The translations under genes and the position numbers were made by a program. A stretch of 64,000 nt of DNA. It comes from Actinomycetes bacterium. Lineage in GTDB: Bacteria; Actinomycetota; Actinomycetes; JAHEKZ01. Positions 8,805 through 18,000 of this stretch are shown piece by piece; within the stretch, counting starts at the first letter, position 1; the number at the start of each line of letters is the position of its first letter. Below the pieces are notes generated by a model that saw only the letters and a program-made list of their open reading frames with translations, was not told the DNA's origin and made no database searches. The stretch lies in NCBI GenBank assembly GCA_024644345.1, contig JAHELE010000004.1, positions 9,523 through 73,522 on the forward strand, in the 5' to 3' direction.

Positions 8805-10250
8805 ATGACCAACCCCGATGACCCGCTGGGTCTACGCGATGATGCACCGCTGCTCGATGGATGGCTGTCGTACCGGGCGATGGGACCGGTGCCGTTCGGG
8901 ACGCCGGGCCACAAGCAGCGTCTGGACCTCGTCGGCACGGTTGTCCGTGACGACATCCCGCTGTACGGAGGCGTCGACACGATCCGCCAGCAGGCTGGGG
9001 CGATCGCGGAGGCCGACCGCCGACTGGCCAGGGCGTGGGGGGCCGACTGGGGTCGCATCTCGGTGGGGGGTTCGACGCATGGGAACCAGACGCTCATGCT
9101 CGCGCTCTGCCGTCCCGGCGACACCGTCGTCGTGACCCGGACGCTGCACCGGTCGTTGCTTCTGGGGATGGTTCTGGCAGGAGTGACCCCTGTGTGGGTG
9201 CGCCCGGACGTCGATCCGACGACCGGCCTTCCTACCCACGTGCCGGTGGAGCGGGTCGCGCAGGCGCTTGCTGTGCACCCGGAGGCCAAGGCTGTCTTCC
9301 TCGTCGAGCCGACCTACGTCGGCACTGTCTCTGATGTGGCTGCCCATGCCACAGTCGCTCACTCGCACGGCATCCCGCTGGTGGTCGACCAGGCGTGGGG
9401 CGCTTACTTCGGGTTCCACCCAGACCTTCCCCGCCATGCCATTCAAGCGGGTGCGGATGCTCTGGTGACGAGCGCGCACAAGACGCTGCCGGCGTACACG
9501 CAGGCCGCGCTCGTTGTCGCCCGCACCGGCAGGATCGATGCTGACCGACTCGATCGTGCGTTCGACGCGACCGCAACGACGAGCCCTTCGGGAACCATCG
9601 CAGCAAGCGCTGACGCAGCCAGGGCGCTCATGGAGCGAGACGGTGAACGACTACTCGGTCATCTCCTGCGCATCGTCGACCATGCGCGAGGTCGGTTGCG
9701 CGAGGTGCCCGGACTGGTCCTTCTCGATGACGTCGTCGATCCGGCGGTGATCGTCGACCGGGCCAAGCTGGCGATCAACGTCTCGGGTACCGGCGCCACC
9801 GGGCTGGCGATCGAGGAAGACCTGGTGGCACAGGGGATGCCGGTCGAGCTGGCCGACCGCGACACAGTCGGTCCGATCATCTCGGTGAACGACGACCAGG
9901 ACACCGTCGATGCCTTCGTCGACGGCGTGATCGCCTCCGTCGAACGACAGCGCACCGAACCCCGTCCAGTTCTGCCGTCGATCTCGTGGACGGTTGAACC
10001 CCAGGTCGTCCTGTCGCCGCGCGAGGCGTACTTCGCCGCACATGAGACAGTGTCGGCGGAGACCGCCATCGGTCAGGTGTCCGCAGAGCTGGTTGCGCCG
10101 TACCCGCCCGGAATCCCCGTGCTGGCGCCCGGCGAGCGCATCACGGCCGCAGCCGTGGCTGGGCTGCGGGCTGCCATGGCCGACGGCACTCAGGTGCGGT
10201 ACGCCGCCGACCCCACGCTGGACACGCTTCAGGTCGTTGCCACCTCGTGA
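8805..10250 (+). CDS. Orn/Lys/Arg decarboxylase-family PLP-dependent enzyme
   Basis: ORF track 8697..10250. Internal ATG 8805 (MTNPDDPLGL) gives 481 aa. Fold-type I PLP decarboxylase pattern (..TSAHKTL.. Lys site, GSTHGNQ). Divergent from the crtD-like gene with a 34 bp gap. Confidence 0.75.
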   Translation: MTNPDDPLGLRDDAPLLDGWLSYRAMGPVPFGTPGHKQRLDLVGTVVRDDIPLYGGVDTIRQQAGAIAEADRRLARAWGADWGRISVGGSTHGNQTLMLALCRPGDTVVVTRTLHRSLLLGMVLAGVTPVWVRPDVDPTTGLPTHVPVERVAQALAVHPEAKAVFLVEPTYVGTVSDVAAHATVAHSHGIPLVVDQAWGAYFGFHPDLPRHAIQAGADALVTSAHKTLPAYTQAALVVARTGRIDADRLDRAFDATATTSPSGTIAASADAARALMERDGERLLGHLLRIVDHARGRLREVPGLVLLDDVVDPAVIVDRAKLAINVSGTGATGLAIEEDLVAQGMPVELADRDTVGPIISVNDDQDTVDAFVDGVIASVERQRTEPRPVLPSISWTVEPQVVLSPREAYFAAHETVSAETAIGQVSAELVAPYPPGIPVLAPGERITAAAVAGLRAAMADGTQVRYAADPTLDTLQVVATS

Positions 10251-10298
10251 CTGCGTGAGCTGACTGAGGCCATAGCGTCACCGAAGTCACGCATTGCG

Positions 10299-10637
10299 TC
10301 AGGCCTCCGGGTCGAACCCGATCTCGCGGACCTCCTGAGCGCAGCGACAGGCGTCCGCGAACCTGGCAGCCCATTCGAGCGCCTCCTCGCGTGAGGGCAC
10401 GTCGACGATGGCGAACCCGCCGATGACCTTCTTGGTCTCCGGGTAAGGGCCGCCGATGACCGTCCCGTCAGTGTCAACGATGCTTGCTTGCTGGCTTTCC
10501 ACCCCACCGCCGAAGATCCACACCCCGGCCTCCTTTGCCGCCCGCACCACCTCGTGCGCGGCCTCGGCGATGGCGGGCAACTCCTCTTCGGAGAAAGTCA
10601 TGGCGCCATCATCGAACGAGATCAGGTACCGCGTCAT
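10299..10637 (-). CDS. YciI-family protein
   Basis: ORF track 10299..10682. The start at internal ATG 10637 (MTRYLISFDDGAM...) gives 112 aa, the typical YCII-related domain size and pattern. Confidence 0.65.
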   Translation of the reverse strand: MTRYLISFDDGAMTFSEEELPAIAEAAHEVVRAAKEAGVWIFGGGVESQQASIVDTDGTVIGGPYPETKKVIGGFAIVDVPSREEALEWAARFADACRCAQEVREIGFDPEA

Positions 10638-10692
10638 CCCACGACTCCCTTGTCCGATCGGCCGCCGAGGGCCGACCCGCAATCCCTTGAGG

Positions 10693-11811
10693 CTAGGGGA
10701 GGGGTCGGGACTTCCACGAGAGGGTGCCGCGGCGTCGACCCACCCACGATCGAACCGTCAGGTACTCGAATGCGATGACGGATGCTGGGTGCAGCAGCGA
10801 GTCGGGCCACACGCGTCCGCCAACCCGGTGAGCCACGAGCGCCCGCCCACCGACGGCGCCCGCGTACCCGAACGCTCCGACGCGAGAGCCGAACAGTGCA
10901 GCCAGAGGTGGAACGACGTACGTCAGCGACAGCAGTCCCAGCAAGGCAGCAGCACGACCGGGTGAGCCCGTTGCTGACCACAGTGACTTGGAGTAGCCGT
11001 CGCGGAGCTCCGACCAGCCGTCGTACATGCGGCAGGTCGCGACGTCGGTTCCATCCGCCAGTGCGCCGCGGCGCCCAACGCGCTTGAGCTGCCGGAACAA
11101 CGCGACGTCGTCCAGCACCTGTCCGCGGATGGTCTCGTGGCCACCCGACTCGTCGTAGGCGTCACGCGTGATGGCGAGCACCTGACCGTTGGCGGCGACC
11201 AACGATGTTCGGGGGCTCTGCTCGGCCAGTCGGAGCGGCAGCAGCGTCGACCACGACCACTGCAGCAGGGGCTGGACCGTTCGCTCGCTCCACGTTACGG
11301 CCCGCTGCTGCGGATACGGACTAACGGCATCGATGCCGCCGACGCTCAGCAGCGCAAGCATGCGGCGCAGGGCGTCCGGCGCGAGGGTCACGTCGGCGTC
11401 GACGAACACCAGCACCGAGCCGGACGCCTCCAGCGAAAGGCGGTGGCAGGCCCACGTCTTGCCGATCCACCCACCTGGGGGTTCATCGGTCCCGGTCATC
11501 AGCTTGACCCGTGGATCGTCGAGATGGTGTGCCACGACCTGGGCCGTGCCGTCGCTGGAACGGTCGTCGAGCACCACGATCTCGAGGTCGGGCACACCGA
11601 TCTGCCCCCGCAGAGAGGTCAAGCAGTGCCCGATCGTGTCGGCTTCGTCACGCGCCGGCACGAGTAGCGACACCCGCGATCGCGCAGGGCTGTCGGGACG
11701 CGGGAGGACCCGCAGCTGCCGAAGGTTCCACCAGCTGTGCGCTGCCCCGGCCACCGCCAGGGCCGACCCGGCAGCCACAGCGGCTGGCGCGAGCCGAGGC
11801 CTGCGGCTCAT
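10693..11811 (-). CDS. family 2 glycosyltransferase (carotenoid glycosyltransferase, CruG/CruC-like)
   Basis: ORF track 10693..12030. Start at ATG 11811 (MSRRPRL.., 372 aa), whose ATGA overlaps the stop of the upstream gene. GT-A motifs LLVPARDEADTI, VVLDDRSSDGT and DADV (DxD) are present. Confidence 0.8.
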   Translation of the reverse strand: MSRRPRLAPAAVAAGSALAVAGAAHSWWNLRQLRVLPRPDSPARSRVSLLVPARDEADTIGHCLTSLRGQIGVPDLEIVVLDDRSSDGTAQVVAHHLDDPRVKLMTGTDEPPGGWIGKTWACHRLSLEASGSVLVFVDADVTLAPDALRRMLALLSVGGIDAVSPYPQQRAVTWSERTVQPLLQWSWSTLLPLRLAEQSPRTSLVAANGQVLAITRDAYDESGGHETIRGQVLDDVALFRQLKRVGRRGALADGTDVATCRMYDGWSELRDGYSKSLWSATGSPGRAAALLGLLSLTYVVPPLAALFGSRVGAFGYAGAVGGRALVAHRVGGRVWPDSLLHPASVIAFEYLTVRSWVGRRRGTLSWKSRPLP

Positions 11812-12602
11812 CCCCGTTCCACCCAGAGTCGCCACGCGAACGGGAGCGCGACGAGCCCCATGGCGATCCCGCCGACAATCGCAGGGCCGGGACGGTCGAA
11901 GAAGACGGCGCTGGCGAGCACCGAGGATGCGTAGACCCACAGGTAGAGCGTGGCCGGCTGAGCGGCGGAGGCACGTCCGGCGGGAAGCGCCATGAGCACG
12001 ATCCCGACGACCAGTCCGACCGCGAACCATCCGCCGTAGTTCAGCAACGGGATGTCGGGGATCCCTGGCAGGTCAGGGGACGTCGTGGTCCAGCGCCACG
12101 CATCGAGCTCGACCATCATCGGATCGAGGAAGAAGTCCCAGGCCATCAACGACCAGGCGGTGGCGAACGGGACCAGCCAGCGGAATCGCACAATGGCGGT
12201 GGATGCCGCCACGTAGGCGGGATAGCCCATCATTGCCCAGGCCAGGGGAACGACGACGGGTACACCGCCGAGCAGCGGCCCCAGGGCATCGGTGTACTCG
12301 TACTCGCCGAAGGGGATGCCCGTGGTCGAACCCACCCGCTCGGCGCCCCAGCCAATGAGCGGCACGACCAGGCCGACAACGAAGAATCCTCGCCAGCGGT
12401 GGTAGGCGGACGCATGGACGAGTGACGCCAGGAAGAACACCACGACGGTGATGGTCGCAAGCGCGGCCCGGTTGGCGTCGTCGGCGAGCGGGAAGGCGAT
12501 CTGGAGTGCCACCGTCGCGACGACGAGAAACCACCCCGCGGCGACGGCAGCTGGTGCTGCCGACCTTGCGGGGGCTGGTCCTGTGTACGTGCGCAGACTC
12601 AT
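11808..12602 (-). CDS. carotenoid biosynthesis membrane protein (Caroten_synth/CruF-like 1',2'-hydratase family)
   Basis: 264-aa polytopic membrane protein. Its stop overlaps the GT2 start (ATGA). This membrane-protein plus GT2 pairing is characteristic of carotenoid glycoside loci. Confidence 0.65.
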   Translation of the reverse strand: MSLRTYTGPAPARSAAPAAVAAGWFLVVATVALQIAFPLADDANRAALATITVVVFFLASLVHASAYHRWRGFFVVGLVVPLIGWGAERVGSTTGIPFGEYEYTDALGPLLGGVPVVVPLAWAMMGYPAYVAASTAIVRFRWLVPFATAWSLMAWDFFLDPMMVELDAWRWTTTSPDLPGIPDIPLLNYGGWFAVGLVVGIVLMALPAGRASAAQPATLYLWVYASSVLASAVFFDRPGPAIVGGIAMGLVALPFAWRLWVERG

Positions 12603-13186
12603 GGTTCCTCAGGTGCCCGACGTCTTTGTCGTGAGCGACGGTATCGGGCGATGATCCTCCAGAACACGAGGACCACCAAGATGCCCATGATGAGGAGAGC
12701 CAGAGCCAATGCCGCTGCCAGCCAGGGAGCGATGAAAGCGAGCACCGTCACGACGAATACGGCGACGTCCTCGAGCAGGCTCACGATGACGTTGCTCACC
12801 GGTTCTGGCGACGTGTTGACAGCTACCCGAGTGCCCGTCTTGGTGAGATGAGCTGCCAGGGCTGTTCCGCCGCCCATGGCGGCGAGAGCGGCCTGCTGCA
12901 GGGTGCTTGCGTCACCGGAGATGAGGAGTGACAAGGCAACAGCCGCCGTGGGGCGGACGGCGGTGTTGACGGCGTCCCACGTGGAGTCGAGATAGGCGGT
13001 CTTGTCGACGAAGAAGTCGATCGCCGTCAGCACGGCGGCCGCGACGAGGACATCGGTGCGCATGAGCGCGTCGGGGACAGGAACATCGCCGAGTCGACCG
13101 GCGATACCGGTGAGCAGCACCACGAGGTAGGGGTTGATTCCGCTGGCCCAGCCGCTGGTGAAGACGAGAGGAATCAGCTCGGCCAT
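12599..13186 (-). CDS. DUF4126-family membrane protein
   Basis: ORF track 12599..13354. Start at internal ATG 13186 (MAELIPLVFTSGWASGINPYLVVLLTG.., 195 aa). It has 4-5 TM helices and an ATGA overlap with the downstream gene. Confidence 0.6.
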   Translation of the reverse strand: MAELIPLVFTSGWASGINPYLVVLLTGIAGRLGDVPVPDALMRTDVLVAAAVLTAIDFFVDKTAYLDSTWDAVNTAVRPTAAVALSLLISGDASTLQQAALAAMGGGTALAAHLTKTGTRVAVNTSPEPVSNVIVSLLEDVAVFVVTVLAFIAPWLAAALALALLIMGILVVLVFWRIIARYRRSRQRRRAPEEP

Positions 13187-13914
13187 GGCGTCACAGCGAG
13201 TGGTGAACCGTCGATCGTTCCTTCGACGTCGATGATGGTGAAGCGGGCAAACAGCTCTTCGGCGAACCACTGGGTGTGGCGGGTACGCCGGATGGCCTGC
13301 TGGTGACCGGGGGTCTGGTACGCGAACCGACGAAGCGCCGCGGTGTCGCGCCACACGCTGAAGGTGCCCTGGAGCCCGATGGGTGCCTCACCGATCCCCA
13401 TCGACCAGAGCAGTCCGTCGGCGGCAGCGAGCGTTGACGCCACCTCGGGAACCGCTCGCCAGAAGCTGCGGAGCTGGTTCGGCCGGATGCGGGCGCGTGT
13501 GATCGAGGCGATGGGGTGATCGGACTCAGTGGGTGCTGCGGTTCCACCGAACGGCTGCCTGCCTGACCACCGGCCGATGCTGGACAACGGCGTCATGGTG
13601 AGGCGGAGACGCTCGGTGGACGCGTCGTCCCACCGGCGAATGACGCGCGAGCGTTCCACGGTTGCAGCCGCATGGGGCGTGTCCCAGCAGGCGAGCAGCG
13701 CCCAGTGGTGGGGATCGGCGTCCTGTGGAGCGAAGGTCTGCCCACTTCCGGCGCCGAGCAGCTTGGCGAACGTGAGACCTGGGTAGCCGCGCAGCCGGAA
13801 ACGGTCGAGGGCGAGGCGGCCGACGGCCGGGGCGATCCCGGCGGTGGGCACGCTCCAGACGTGCAACGTGACCCGGGCCGGGGAGGGGGGCGCGGTCGGG
13901 TCCTGGGCAGTCAT
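13174..13914 (-). CDS. hypothetical protein, first gene of the minus-strand carotenoid-associated operon (possibly CrtA/spheroidene-monooxygenase-like)
   Basis: 246 aa. Its stop overlaps the DUF4126 start by 13 nt. The family assignment is weak, a size and context guess only. Confidence 0.45.
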   Translation of the reverse strand: MTAQDPTAPPSPARVTLHVWSVPTAGIAPAVGRLALDRFRLRGYPGLTFAKLLGAGSGQTFAPQDADPHHWALLACWDTPHAAATVERSRVIRRWDDASTERLRLTMTPLSSIGRWSGRQPFGGTAAPTESDHPIASITRARIRPNQLRSFWRAVPEVASTLAAADGLLWSMGIGEAPIGLQGTFSVWRDTAALRRFAYQTPGHQQAIRRTRHTQWFAEELFARFTIIDVEGTIDGSPLAVTPWPS

Positions 13915-13946
13915 GGGTCGACCCTAGGGCGCACCGAACGAGGGGG

Positions 13947-13976
13947 TTGACCCCGACCGCTGCGAGCGGTTTACTG
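13947..13976 (+). promoter_or_regulatory. putative promoter: -35 TTGACC (13947-13952), 17-nt spacer, -10-like TTTACT (about 13970-13975)
   Basis: Sigma-70-like hexamers immediately upstream of the SOS box. They are oriented toward the DUF6504/HEPN/dnaE2 operon. Confidence 0.3.
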
Positions 13977-13983
13977 GAGGCAT

Positions 13984-13999
13984 TCGAACACATGTTCGA
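13984..13999. promoter_or_regulatory. LexA SOS box (actinobacterial consensus TCGAAC-N4-GTTCGA)
   Basis: Perfect palindrome TCGAACACATGTTCGA, 135 bp upstream of the 14135 gene and about 70 bp from the divergent 13914 start. Confidence 0.65.
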
Positions 14000-14134
14000 A
14001 TGCCGGGAGCGTCCGTGGTCTCGACCTCGACCCTCGAGATCGCGTGACCTCTCCCGGAGACGTGAACCGGTCAGCGGGGTGGTGACCTCGACCCTCGCCA
14101 CCCCGCCGACCGTTTCCCCACTCGGAAGGGGTGA

Positions 14135-14509
14135 GTGATGCGACGAATCGATGAGTCCATCGAGTCGTTGACACCCGTGGCCTCGAGCGGCCACGCAGGT
14201 GGCAGCGCCGCCCCGCTCGCCTTCCGGTGGCGTGGTCGGCGGTATGTCGTCGGCACGGTTCTGGCGCACTGGGTCGAAACAGGGGCGTGGTGGCGTCGAC
14301 CTGCTCCGCGGCCTGGATCGGGACCGTCCGGCTCAGCCCCAGAACCGGCGACCGACGGTCCGCCGGATCCGGAACGGTGGCTCTGGCGGGTCGAGGCATG
14401 CCGGGGGTCTCAGACCGGTGTCTTCGACCTTTGCCGAGAGGTCGACCAGCCCACCGACAACGACCGCCCCGGCCCCGAACGGTGGTCGCTGCACGCGATC
14501 TACGACTGA
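14135..14509 (+). CDS. small conserved protein of the dnaE2 locus (DUF6504-like)
   Basis: 124 aa (GTG 14135 or ATG 14138). W/R-rich motifs (FRWRGRRYVVGTVLAHWVETGAWW; ERWLWRVEA; VFDLCRE; WSLHAIYD) match what I recall of the DUF6504 family. It lies directly downstream of the SOS box. Confidence 0.5.
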   Translation: MMRRIDESIESLTPVASSGHAGGSAAPLAFRWRGRRYVVGTVLAHWVETGAWWRRPAPRPGSGPSGSAPEPATDGPPDPERWLWRVEACRGSQTGVFDLCREVDQPTDNDRPGPERWSLHAIYD

Positions 14510-14557
14510 CCTGCACCACCGCACTGACCCGCACGACCGCATGAAGGGATTCCGGCC

Positions 14558-15022
14558 ATGTCCACCACCACAGGGTTTTCAGGGTCTACAAGGACCGCAG
14601 GGTCATCTCGGGCCATCGGTACGCCCCGGGGGTCCTCGGCCGGAGTCCTCGACCTGCTCGCCGCTGCGCAGCGCGGGCTCACCGAGGCCGTTCTCGAGCC
14701 GCGGGCGAGCCGGCGCTACGCCGTCGCCCACCTCGCCGCGCTGCGAGCGGCCGCCGCGGTTCTGGCCACCCGAGCTCGTCCCACCGGACGCCGCGGCCCG
14801 CGCAGCGCCTGGGACCTGCTCTCGCAGGCGGCGCCAGAGCTGGCCGAGTGGGCCGCCTTCTTTGCGGCGGGCGCCGGCAAACGAGCCGCGGCCGAGGCAG
14901 GTCTGGACGCGGTCACCCCACGTGAGGCCGACGATCTCCTCCGAGATGTCGAGACGTTCCTTGCCCTGGCCGAGACGACTGTCGGTGTTCCCCACCAGAC
15001 CTCGTTGCCCCGTGTCAGCTGA
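14558..15022 (+). CDS. SAV_6107-family HEPN domain protein
   Basis: 154 aa, Ala-rich and helical. It has an R-x4-H motif (RRYAVAH) of HEPN type and the conserved LSQAAPELAEWAAFFAAGAGKRAAAEAG block. It is 36 bp upstream of dnaE2. Confidence 0.55.
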   Translation: MSTTTGFSGSTRTAGSSRAIGTPRGSSAGVLDLLAAAQRGLTEAVLEPRASRRYAVAHLAALRAAAAVLATRARPTGRRGPRSAWDLLSQAAPELAEWAAFFAAGAGKRAAAEAGLDAVTPREADDLLRDVETFLALAETTVGVPHQTSLPRVS

Positions 15023-15058
15023 CCCCGCGACACCTGAATACGTGCGGCTGCTGTCTCG

Positions 15059-18000
15059 GTGACCTCTTCCCTCTCATCCTTTCCCCACCTGCACGTCGCC
15101 TCCGGTTGGTCGCTCCGTCACGGTGCATCCAGCCCCGAGATGCTCGTCGGTGTCGCGGCCGACCTCGGTCTCACCACACTTGGTCTGACCGACCGTGACG
15201 GAGTACGTGGCGCGGTGCGGTTCGCGCGCGCCGCCCTCTCCGCTGGGATCGCCCCGGTCTTCGGTGCCGACCTCGCTCTCGCTCCACCCTCAACGACTGG
15301 ACGTGCACCAGAGCGGGTCAGGCGCACTCCGGCTCGCGGGGGACGCACCCTCGACCAGCGGCTGCCGCGGGTCACCGTGCTGGCACGCGGGCCGAACGGG
15401 TGGGCGGCACTCTGCCGTCTGGTCTCGGCCGCACACGCCAGAGCCGAGCTCACCGGAGAACGCGGTCGCCCCACGGTGGATGCCGACCTCGTCGGTCAGC
15501 ATGCAGCCGAGGGTGCCTTGGTGGTTCTGCTTGGTCCGGATTCCGATGTCGGACGGACGCTTGCCAGGCGCCGTCCTGACCTCGCGATGCAGCAGTGGCG
15601 GTCGTGGCGGGCCCGCGTCCCGGAGCTGCAGTGCGAGGTGGTCAACCACCGGGGCGCTGATCCGGCCGGTCGCTCGGCCCCCTTTGCCGGACGGATGCTG
15701 GGGTGGGCACACGAGCACCAGATCGACACCGTGCTGACCAATGCGGTGCGCTACGCCCGCCGCGAGGACGCGCCGGTCGCCGATGTGCTCGATGCCGCGC
15801 GTCAGCTCGTACCGCTCGATCTCCGTCACCTCGACCGACGCACTGGTGAGGGGTACCTGAAGTCGTCGGCACACATGACTGAGGTCGCCACAGAGGTGGC
15901 GCGACTGTCCGGTGTCGGAACCGAACGTGCCACCGCCCGTGCGCTGCTGGCCGCCACCGAGCAGCTCGCCGAGCAGTGCCTGCTCGACCCGGTGGCCGAC
16001 CTCGGTCTCGGATCGGTGCACTTTCCCGAGCTCGAGGTCGTCGACCCCGCCGCTGCAGCAGCCGGACGGGCGCCGGACGCGGTCCTGCGTGAGCGGTGCG
16101 ACCTCGGCTGGTCGGCTCGTGCGCTACCCATCACCGGGCGAGCGGCTGTTGATGCGCGAGACCGTCTTGAGCACGAGCTCGGCATCATTGCCGGGCTCGG
16201 TTACGCCACGTACTTCCTCACCGTCGCTGATGTCGTCGAACTCATTCGCTCGATGCAGGTGCGAGTCGCCGCTCGTGGTTCCGGTGCCGGTTCGCTGGTC
16301 ACCTACCTGCTCGGCATCTCTGGGGTCGACCCAGTGCGGCACGACCTGCTCTTCGAACGTTTTCTCTCGCCGCTCCGTCAAGCGCTGCCCGACATCGACG
16401 TCGATGTCGAGTCGGCCAGGCGCACCGAGATCTACACCAACATCTTCGAACGGTTCGGCACCGCACGCGTCGCCTGCGTCTCGATGGCCGACACCTACCG
16501 CGTCCGACACGCGATCCGCGACGTCGGTGCTGCGCTCGGGCTGCCCCCCTCCGAGATCGACACCGTCGCCAAGGCGTTTCCGCACATCCGGGCCAAGGAT
16601 GCACAGAACGCGCTACGCGAGCTGCCCGAGCTGCGTGCCAGCCGGATCGCCGACGACCCGCGGATGACCTTGCTCTTCTCGCTGGTCGAACGGCTTGACG
16701 GCCTGCCACGCCACCTCGCGCTGCATCCCTGCGGCGTCCTGCTCTCCGACGCCACTCTGCTCGATCGCACACCGGTCGAGCAGAGTGCGATGGGGTTCGC
16801 CATGAGTCAGTTCGACAAGGACGACGTCGAACACCTCGGCCTGCTCAAGCTCGACGTGCTCGGCATCCGGATGCAGTCGGCCATGGCGTACGCGCTCGAC
16901 GAGATCGAGCGGGTCGACGGCCTACCGCAACGTCCCGATCTCGACGCCGTCCCGTTCGACGACCCGGCGACCTTCGACCTGATCCGCTCCACTCACACGC
17001 TCGGCTGTTTCCAGATCGAGTCGCCCGGCCAGCGAGAGCTGGTGGGCAAGTTCGCCCCCGAGACATTCGACGACCTGATCATCGACATCTCACTCTTCCG
17101 ACCAGGACCGGTGAAGTCCGACATGGTTCGTCCCTTCCTGCAGGCACGGCACGGCTGGGCTGAACCGCAGTACCTGCACCCCGACCTCGAACAGGTGCTG
17201 CGCCCCACCTATGGCGTCGTCGTCTTCCACGAGCAGGTGATCGACATCCTGCATGTCATCACCGGGTGTTCGCGGGCCGAGGGTGATGAGAAGCGACGGG
17301 CGCTCGGCGATCCGGACGGGCAGGCTGAGACCCGGGAATGGTTCTACCGACATGCCCGGCTACGTCGCTACGACCTGTCAACGATCGAACGCATCTGGGA
17401 CGTGCTCCGCGCTTTCGCCTCCTTCGGGTTCTGCAAGGCCCATGCGGCTGCGTTCGCCCTGCCCACCTACCAGTCGGCCTGGTTGAAAGCCCATCACACG
17501 GCGGGCTTCCTGGCCGGTGTCCTCACCCATGATCCCGGGATGTACCCCAAGCGGCTGATCCTCGACGACGCCCGGCAGTTCGGGGTTGCGGTGCTACCGC
17601 TCGATGTCAACACCTCTCAGTCCGGCTACCGGGTTGAGCGGTTCGATGCCGCAGATGCCTCACCCCCGCCGCGCTCACTCGCGAACCGGGCGCTACCGGA
17701 CGCCCGCGGGTACGGAATCCGGATCGCGCTCGCCGAGGTCAAGGGCATCAGTGACGCCGAGGTCGAACGGATCGTCTCAGGGCAGCCGTTCCGCTCCCTC
17801 ACCGATTTCTGGCACCGGGCGGCCGTCTCGCGACCGGTGGTGGAGCGCCTGGTGATCGCCGGGGCGTTCGACTCCCTGCACGGCATCGACCTCACCCTCC
17901 CGACCTCGTCGGCGCGCCGTCGGATCACCCGTCGTGACCTACTGCTGCAGGTCGCCGAGCTCGACCGCTGGACAGCGATGCCGGCTGCCCGCCGAACCAG

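Noticed and set aside
13947-14138. 63-aa ORF 13947..14138 (TTG start) covering the LexA box
   Set aside because: Its start codon is the TTGACC -35 hexamer and it spans the operator. It is a promoter region rather than a gene.
15023-15058. Motif CACCTGA-N2-ACGT between the HEPN gene and dnaE2, resembling the core of the 21-bp cassette repeat (cacacctga..gacgt)
   Set aside because: Only about 11 bp of similarity in a GC-rich genome. It is probably chance, though it is mentioned in case a CACCTGA-binding factor links the two loci.
14199-15062. 287-aa ORF in an alternative frame spanning the HEPN gene
   Set aside because: Pro/Arg-rich off-frame translation. The HEPN frame has the conserved family blocks and a proper 36-bp gap to dnaE2.
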